Shown piece by piece: positions 58,141 through 64,000 of a stretch of DNA of 64,000 bases. The stretch is taken from contig CAWJJC010000020.1 in NCBI GenBank assembly GCA_963843145.1, forward strand, positions 64,001 through 128,000, read 5' to 3'. The DNA is from an uncultured delta proteobacterium (GTDB lineage: Bacteria; Desulfobacterota; RBG-13-43-22). Under the pieces are notes generated by a model. That model was not told where the DNA came from. It saw only the letters and a program-made list of their open reading frames with translations, and did no database searches. Position 1 is the first letter of the stretch; each line of letters starts with the position of its first letter. The translations under genes were made by a program, and so were the position numbers.

Positions 58141-58614
58141 CTAGCCCTCTTCTATTTCCGAGGTCCAGGAACAGTCGATACACCCCTTGATGGATTGATA
58201 GGCCGGGCAGTTCTTTAAATAGACGGCCAAGGCCTTTTCCGCGTCCTCCCGTTTTCCCTTCGGAATTTTCATCTGATACCGGAGCCGGATTTTGGTGATC
58301 CGCAAGACCCCCTCCACCTCTTCGATGTCCCCCTCCACCTGGGCGATCAGGATGTCTTCGGTCTTTATGCCCCGCACCTCCAGTGCGGCCGCCAGGGTGC
58401 CGGTCAGTCACCCCCCGACGCCGGCGATCATATACTCCAGCGTGGCCGGATATTCGGGACCTTCGAACTTGCGTCCGTACTTGTCCTGGTAAAAATCCTT
58501 GATGCCCCCGTGGATCCCGAAATGAACCGGCTCCGCAAAATCCCCGAAGTGGGCCGTCCGATGGGATCCCCGGTGCTTCTCGATGCGAACGCGACTGGTG
58601 TGGGCGACTGACAT
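58141..58614 (-). CDS. OsmC-like selenoprotein (in-frame UGA at 58408-58410 read as Sec)
   Basis: ORFs 58408-58614 and 58141-58377 are one frame: EYMIAGVGG-U-LTGTLAAALEVRGI...NCPAYQSI; hairpin CCGCAC-UGGAG-GUGCGG starts 19 nt after the UGA. Confidence 0.82.
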
Positions 58615-58717
58615 GATCTGACCTCCTTCAATTCTTCTAGAATGGACCTGTGGCCAGAAGACATAACCTCTGGCGGCGAAACCTTAGCGGCATTGTCGGA
58701 CCCCTCGTTTCATCTGG

Positions 58718-58780
58718 GGGTAACACCAGGGTCAGCCAGAGCCCATCGTTTGGGTGATTGGCTGCACCCATTCGTTAAGG
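58718..58780 (-). other. Integron attC site
   Basis: CCTTAAC...gggtGcagcca...tggctgaccc...GTTA with one extrahelical base; the upstream gene's TAA lies in the inverse core. Confidence 0.7.
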
Positions 58781-59752
58781 CCGTTTGACTTCTTCATTTG
58801 TTACAGCTTCCAATCTCTTAAGATACTTGACCATGCACCAACCGTTCTCATGCAGATTGTTTAGGTAGTTGAAATACTCCACGCAAATCCATTTGCCTTT
58901 TCGATTCACCAGCCGTACCTTCTGATTCGGGTAAAGTATCTTGAGTAAGTTTGATTTCCTTGTGTTCGGCTTGGAGCGCAAACATACCCTCCGTTCAACT
59001 ACGTAGTACGTCTTCTCAAACTCATGAGTTTCCGCATTTGCTACTCGCTCCAGTATTGCTTGTTGCATAGCATGAATTTGCCTCGACAGCCTTTTTTCGG
59101 ACTCTTCAGAGGTCTTCAAAGAATACATGAGGATAGAAAGAGCAATCAGGAGATTGAGCCAGAACTCCAAACTCAAAAGAGTCTTAGGCGTTCTCTGGCC
59201 ATCCTGTTCAAGTTCTCCGACAAGATGATCGAAGACCTCCCCTACATTGCCACCGGTTTCCGTTTCGACTCTGGCAAATCTTGCCACTGCTTCACGAAAT
59301 GACTCCTCAAAGAAATTTGTGGGAATAGTGCCCTGTAGAAGTTGTCTGTACGCAGTGGTCGATGAATGCATCGCTCGTATTGCGTCCTGAATGGCGGGAG
59401 CGCGAGCCAGTGCCTGCATTTCTTGAATAGCTTCCCGAACAGGCCTTAACGGATCTATGGACTGGAAGGCTCTAACATGTTCTCGAAGACCCAGAAGTGG
59501 ATCGGGGAGTTGTTGAATGGCCGCTACGGCTTGTTGTACTTCTCTAACCGGGTTGTGCAGTTGGATAAGACGGATGGCCTCGCGGAGTTCCTTGAATGGA
59601 TCGGCCATTTCTATAACCTTCAAGGTCCGCCTTATTTCTTTTAATGGGTCGATTATCTGGAATTGTCTAATTGTGTCATGCATAGCCTTAATGGCATCAG
59701 CGACTTCACGTGACTGCGAGATTACCGCATCTGAGGTTGCCTTAATTGTCAT
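58775..59752 (-). CDS. Cassette protein: helical repeats, one TM and a C-terminal SH3b domain
   Basis: V.LRSKP....L..L.PNQKV.LV...GKW..VEY.......GW....YL. Confidence 0.75.
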   Translation of the reverse strand: MTIKATSDAVISQSREVADAIKAMHDTIRQFQIIDPLKEIRRTLKVIEMADPFKELREAIRLIQLHNPVREVQQAVAAIQQLPDPLLGLREHVRAFQSIDPLRPVREAIQEMQALARAPAIQDAIRAMHSSTTAYRQLLQGTIPTNFFEESFREAVARFARVETETGGNVGEVFDHLVGELEQDGQRTPKTLLSLEFWLNLLIALSILMYSLKTSEESEKRLSRQIHAMQQAILERVANAETHEFEKTYYVVERRVCLRSKPNTRKSNLLKILYPNQKVRLVNRKGKWICVEYFNYLNNLHENGWCMVKYLKRLEAVTNEEVKRP

Positions 59753-59882
59753 AGACTCTTTCGGCCAATATTATTTTTTGCGATTTGGGTCGGCCCCCCC
59801 CGTTGACGATATTGCACCATTGCAGCCAACAGGACGATTGTCGGTCGCTCGAACAGAACGTTTTCGGCATGGCCGGTGGTGG

Positions 59883-62141
59883 TCATGAGTTAAACCTCTG
59901 TTTGATGTAATCCTGAGTCTGGCTGGCGCTTAACTCGGTCGTGGATGGCCCTGTGCGAATATAAAAACGTTCCGTATCGCCATCTTTCAGGAATACTGGC
60001 CTGGAGGCCCTCCGACACTTTACTACCATCACGCGGCAGCCGTCGTGATCGTCAAAACGGACATGCATGTTGGTTAAAGCCTGGATCCCCATTCGAGTTT
60101 TAACGATATTCACCAAGTGCAGACCCATTCTATCTTCATTATCAAATTCATCAGCTTGGATACCCACTGGGTTGCCATCATCGGAAACACCTACAACCAG
60201 CGTGCCGCCGTTGCTGTTCAAAAAACCGGCCAGAGTCTTGAGCACGGCCAACTCCATGCGCGGGTCTTTGCTCCCGGTGTGCAGGTTTGTGCGTAGGGTG
60301 GACTTGAACTCCACCGCTTCGGATTCCCCATTTATAATTACCTTCGACAGATCATACTCTACCGTGGTCCAAATCTTCCTTGATTCCCCCAGTCATAAGG
60401 GTTGAGTAGCCCTCTCCGATCACCTGTGCCATCAGTTCGCGGCGTTTCTCCAGAAACTCTCGGTAGTCCAGATGTTCCCAGTTTTGCGGCAGAGCGTGTA
60501 ACCGATACATCCGCTCAAGTTCCGATTGGTTGAATCGCGCCTTCATTCGGGCAGGTAATCGGTCGGTGCTTGATTAGATATGTCTTTATTATCGCCCCAC
60601 TCCACCAGGGCGTAATTGGCGATCTGGTTGGTTTCGCGGGTAGCAGTAATGCCTTGCTTGCTCAGGAAGTCCTTGGGGAAGAGATGATGCCGTTCCACAG
60701 CGGCGCGATTGGCCTGCATAGAAGGATCCAGTAGGTCTGCTACTTTGATCTTGGAGAATAACGCCCGTGCATCCAGCAGCACCAATGCCGCATGATAGGC
60801 AAACAGCGACGGGCTGCGTGGTGATGAGGTGGCCAGATCATTAGGTAGAGACACCGCCCAGAAATCATTGGTGAGGGTAATGTCGCAGATTTGACTGAGC
60901 GTCTTCAAAAAACCGTCGGTTGTCCTCACGTCACGCAGTCCGGCCAGATCAAACTCCATGGCCGATTCCGGCGAGCCTGTAAAGCGCCCCGTGACCGCCG
61001 ACATGAAAAACCAACGGGCAATCACCCGCCGCAGGTCGAACTCGGGCACCTTGTATTCAGTGCGGCCTATCAGATAGAGTATGTAAGAAAACACCAAATT
61101 GTTCTGCGAGCTGATCATCTTCCCACTGCGGAACCCGGCCTGACGAATGCAGTTCATGAAGTCGTGCCAGTATTGCAGACTCAGCACCCGTTGCTGAGCA
61201 TTTTTGAGCAATTCAAATTGCTCCTCTCGGCGCTCGGTGCTGAATTTTTCGGTTTCAAGATCCTTGCCACGCAAAATCGAGTACACATATTTTAATCGGG
61301 CTCGTTTGAATGCCACGCCCACTCCGACCCGCAACAATTGATCGGGCGAAGGCTCGATAAAATGATTGAACGCCGATGCCTGGCCTTTCGATGGTTTGCG
61401 GGATTCACGGCAAAAGCCCTCCAAAGCAGCACGTCCTTCATCCCAAAACACAGACATCAGAGTCAAAATAAAGTCGGCCTGATTCAGCGGAGTACCCTTG
61501 CTGTTGATGCGCACGAACACATCCGACACAGCTTCTTCATCAATATCCGATGCCAGTTCAGAGCAGTGAATGGGAAACCTAAAAGCCCTTGGAGTTTGCT
61601 GATTCGATTTCTTGATTGCTTTGCTCTCTTCCACCGTTACAATACGCGAAGCACTCAGCCCCTCCAGATAGTTTCCACCACCTCAAACAAGTCTGGTCTT
61701 GTCATTCCAAAGCAAGGAAACATCAGAGATAAAAGCTTTGTCACGGCTTATAGCAGCATCAGCCACTTCAAATCTCTCTTCAAGAGGATTGAAGGCAATC
61801 TGGATATGTTCGCTTTCAAAGTTCTCCCGCAAAACCGCTATATTTTTGATGACGGCATACAACGAAGTCAGGCGTTGCTGTCCATCTACGATCACTAAAC
61901 GTGGCGGCTTTTGCTTAATGTCGGTGCCGATGGTCCTGGAGGCGTCAGCCAGCCCGTTTTGCCAAAACAGCAGATAACCCACTGGATAGCCCTTGTACAT
62001 GGAATCAAACAGATCGCGAACCTTGGCGTTCTTCCACACAAAAGGCCGTTGAATATCCGGGAGCCCAATCTCGCCTAGGCCGATAAATTTAACCAACGAG
62101 CCCAAATCGTAGTCAACTTTGGTAAATACGGTTTCACTCAT
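59883..62141 (-). CDS. DUF262 (GmrSD-like) + DUF1524-like nuclease + AlbA_2/Schlafen domain fusion, frameshifted into four pieces
   Basis: LPDIQRPFVW, DGQQRLTS, VFVRINS.G..L, ERHHLFP...NQIAN, EFKS...GFLNSNGGTL.VGV.D. Confidence 0.8.
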
Positions 62142-62355
62142 GCTTTGTTATCCTCCTAAGTAACGGCGATTATTTCTCGACATATCCACCTCGACGGGGT
62201 GAACTTAGGACTATTGAGTTCTATTGAGAGGTTAATCCAATACCTCCCAGTGGGTGTAGTTGAGGTATCCCAAAGGAAGGCGATATACTCTCGCTCGCTG
62301 CTGGTCTTGAATGAAAGCGGCTTCTTCTATAGCTCACGCCTCCGCCGAAGCCGCC

Positions 62356-64000
62356 TCATCCTTCCCCCCACACCCGCGCGAGGGTAGCCTGGATCTTCTT
62401 CTTGAAACGGGCGATCAGTTCGCGGTTGGCGGCGACCAGGGCCTGCTCAGCTTCGATCTCGGCGACGATGGTTTGCTGGGTGGCGAGAGGGGGGAGGGGG
62501 ATCGGAGCACTTTCGACGATTCCCTGATTGATTTTTAGCATGCTCCCGGCAGCACCGACAGCGTTTCATGTCATATAGGATTTACTGGTGTCGCTTTGGA
62601 GAACATGGAACAGATATTTGCTTAGAATCTTCGATTCGTCCGCTCTTACCCGAATCATCAAGTCGGGATACACGAAGTTAGGTTCTGCCACATCAAATAT
62701 GGCAGCGGTACCGACCAACTCCTTCGTGTTGCCTCGCTGAAGATAGATATCGCCACGTTGACAGCGGCAAGGCGAGTCGAGCGGAATGTCCTCATCGAGG
62801 AATTTATGTTCGGAGATATCCAGTCTGCCCGATGTCGTGGCGCTCAGTAGAGGACTTTGAGATTGGTGGTGTGAGCGACTGGTTACGGAGTGACCATTCT
62901 CGGTTTGTCCTGAATGACTTCTCCCAACTCCACCATCGGCCAGTCGGGGTGGATGGGGATGTGGGGGCGGTAGTTGTCGAGGACGGCGCGGGCGCCGTTG
63001 ATGACTTTCTGGTAGCCCTCGATCTCCGCCACGATCTCCTTCTGCACCTCCAGCGGCGGCAAGGGGATTTGAATTGCTTCTACGCAGATTACTTGGTGCT
63101 ACGGATAGGCCAACCTCTGCCATCAGTTCCGATCATCTGAGTCGACCGCCTTTTCGTGCCTCAAGCGATGCAAATAGATAATCCGGGAAGCAGTCGCTCT
63201 CTCTGGTGCGCAGCAGTCGAAACTCGTTGAAGCAACTGCCCTCTCCGGAATTCCATTGCGAATCGTGAATGCCTTAAGGTTAGGACGGACCTCGAGATGA
63301 GAACATCGTCTTTCGTAACTGACTTCGTGACGGCTTGGTCGCTTCGTCGGTAGGAATTTGTTCCACCGATGGGACTGTCTCCGAGTCGTTCTCACACAGG
63401 ATATGTCAACGAGTTGAAAAAAGCACCGCGGATGTCCAATCTTCTGGCAGGATTCGAATGCTTCGGGCATTGATGGTCGCAAACCTCGCCAAGTCGGACC
63501 GTGTGGATATTCTGACGAGCGCGCGCTCGCACTCCCGATACCTCTCCCCACTCAGGTTGTACTCGCCATTCGCTGCGATCTTCTCCTTCTCCACGATGAG
63601 GCCCAGCGTGGGCTGGAAGTCGTCGACCGATTCCCCTGCCCGCAGGCGGTGCAGGTATTCGCTGATCTCGGCATGGGCCTGCGGTAGGTCGTTCTTCTCA
63701 ATCTCGCGCCGCTGGGCGCCGAGGCCGAAGCCGTCGTTTTCGATCTTGAAGAAGGCGATGGTACTTGTCCTTCTTGGCCAGCGACTTGTCGAGGATCAGG
63801 ATCGAGGTCTTGACGCCGGAATAGGGCTGGAACACGCCGGCAGGCAGCGAGACTACGGCGACGAGGTACTCCTCCACCAGCATCTTGCGTAGTTGTTTGT
63901 AGGCGGTCTGGCTCTGGAAGATGATCCCCTCAGGCACGATGATGCCGGCTCGGCCGGTAGGGGTGAGATGCTCGGCCATGTAGTCCACGAACAGCACTTC
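62356..64000 (-). CDS. hsdM: Type I restriction-modification N6-methyltransferase fused to a specificity subunit (M-S); partial and frameshifted
   Basis: GRAGIIVPEGIIF, SLPAGVFQPYSGVKTSIL, YNLSGERY, two IPLPPL..Q..IVAEI conserved S regions. Confidence 0.85.

Noticed and set aside
1-64000. CRISPR array, rRNA, intact transposase/integrase or reverse transcriptase
   Set aside because: No regularly spaced repeat-spacer array or corresponding motifs seen by eye. The four-helix-bundle remnant has no RT or template repeat nearby, so no DGR is called.

Overview
Bacterial chromosome segment (~55% GC). Gene content and repeat families suggest an anaerobic Desulfobacterota/deltaproteobacterium. Core blocks: iorAB-type molybdo-enzyme, sirC-ccsA-hemA, ssb, plsC-rnj-ftsK-lolA, tgt, two tRNA-Arg genes, twin Na+-decarboxylase beta/gamma pairs, kup-trkH-trkA and mutY. 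These alternate with accessory regions: a decayed island after tRNA-Arg(ACG) (recD2 remnant, an attC-flanked cassette, many small genes) and a defence/mobile locus at 55.5-64 kb (rhuM, an attC-bearing SH3 cassette, DUF262-AlbA, fused HsdM-HsdS). Signals the ORF track does not show: (1) an OsmC-like selenoprotein with an in-frame UGA and SECIS-like hairpin; (2) a 53-bp direct repeat of that gene's 3' end bracketing a 2.6-kb insertion, differing only at synonymous Cys codons; (3) two gapless 78%-identical copies of a ~113-130 nt long-hairpin element with structure-preserving substitutions; (4) orphan attC sites; (5) nested REP/heptamer repeat elements; (6) three small proteins under 60 aa. Frameshifts cluster at 0-2.2, 33-35 and 60-64 kb and may be sequencing errors. 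All family assignments are from motif recognition; no searches were run.
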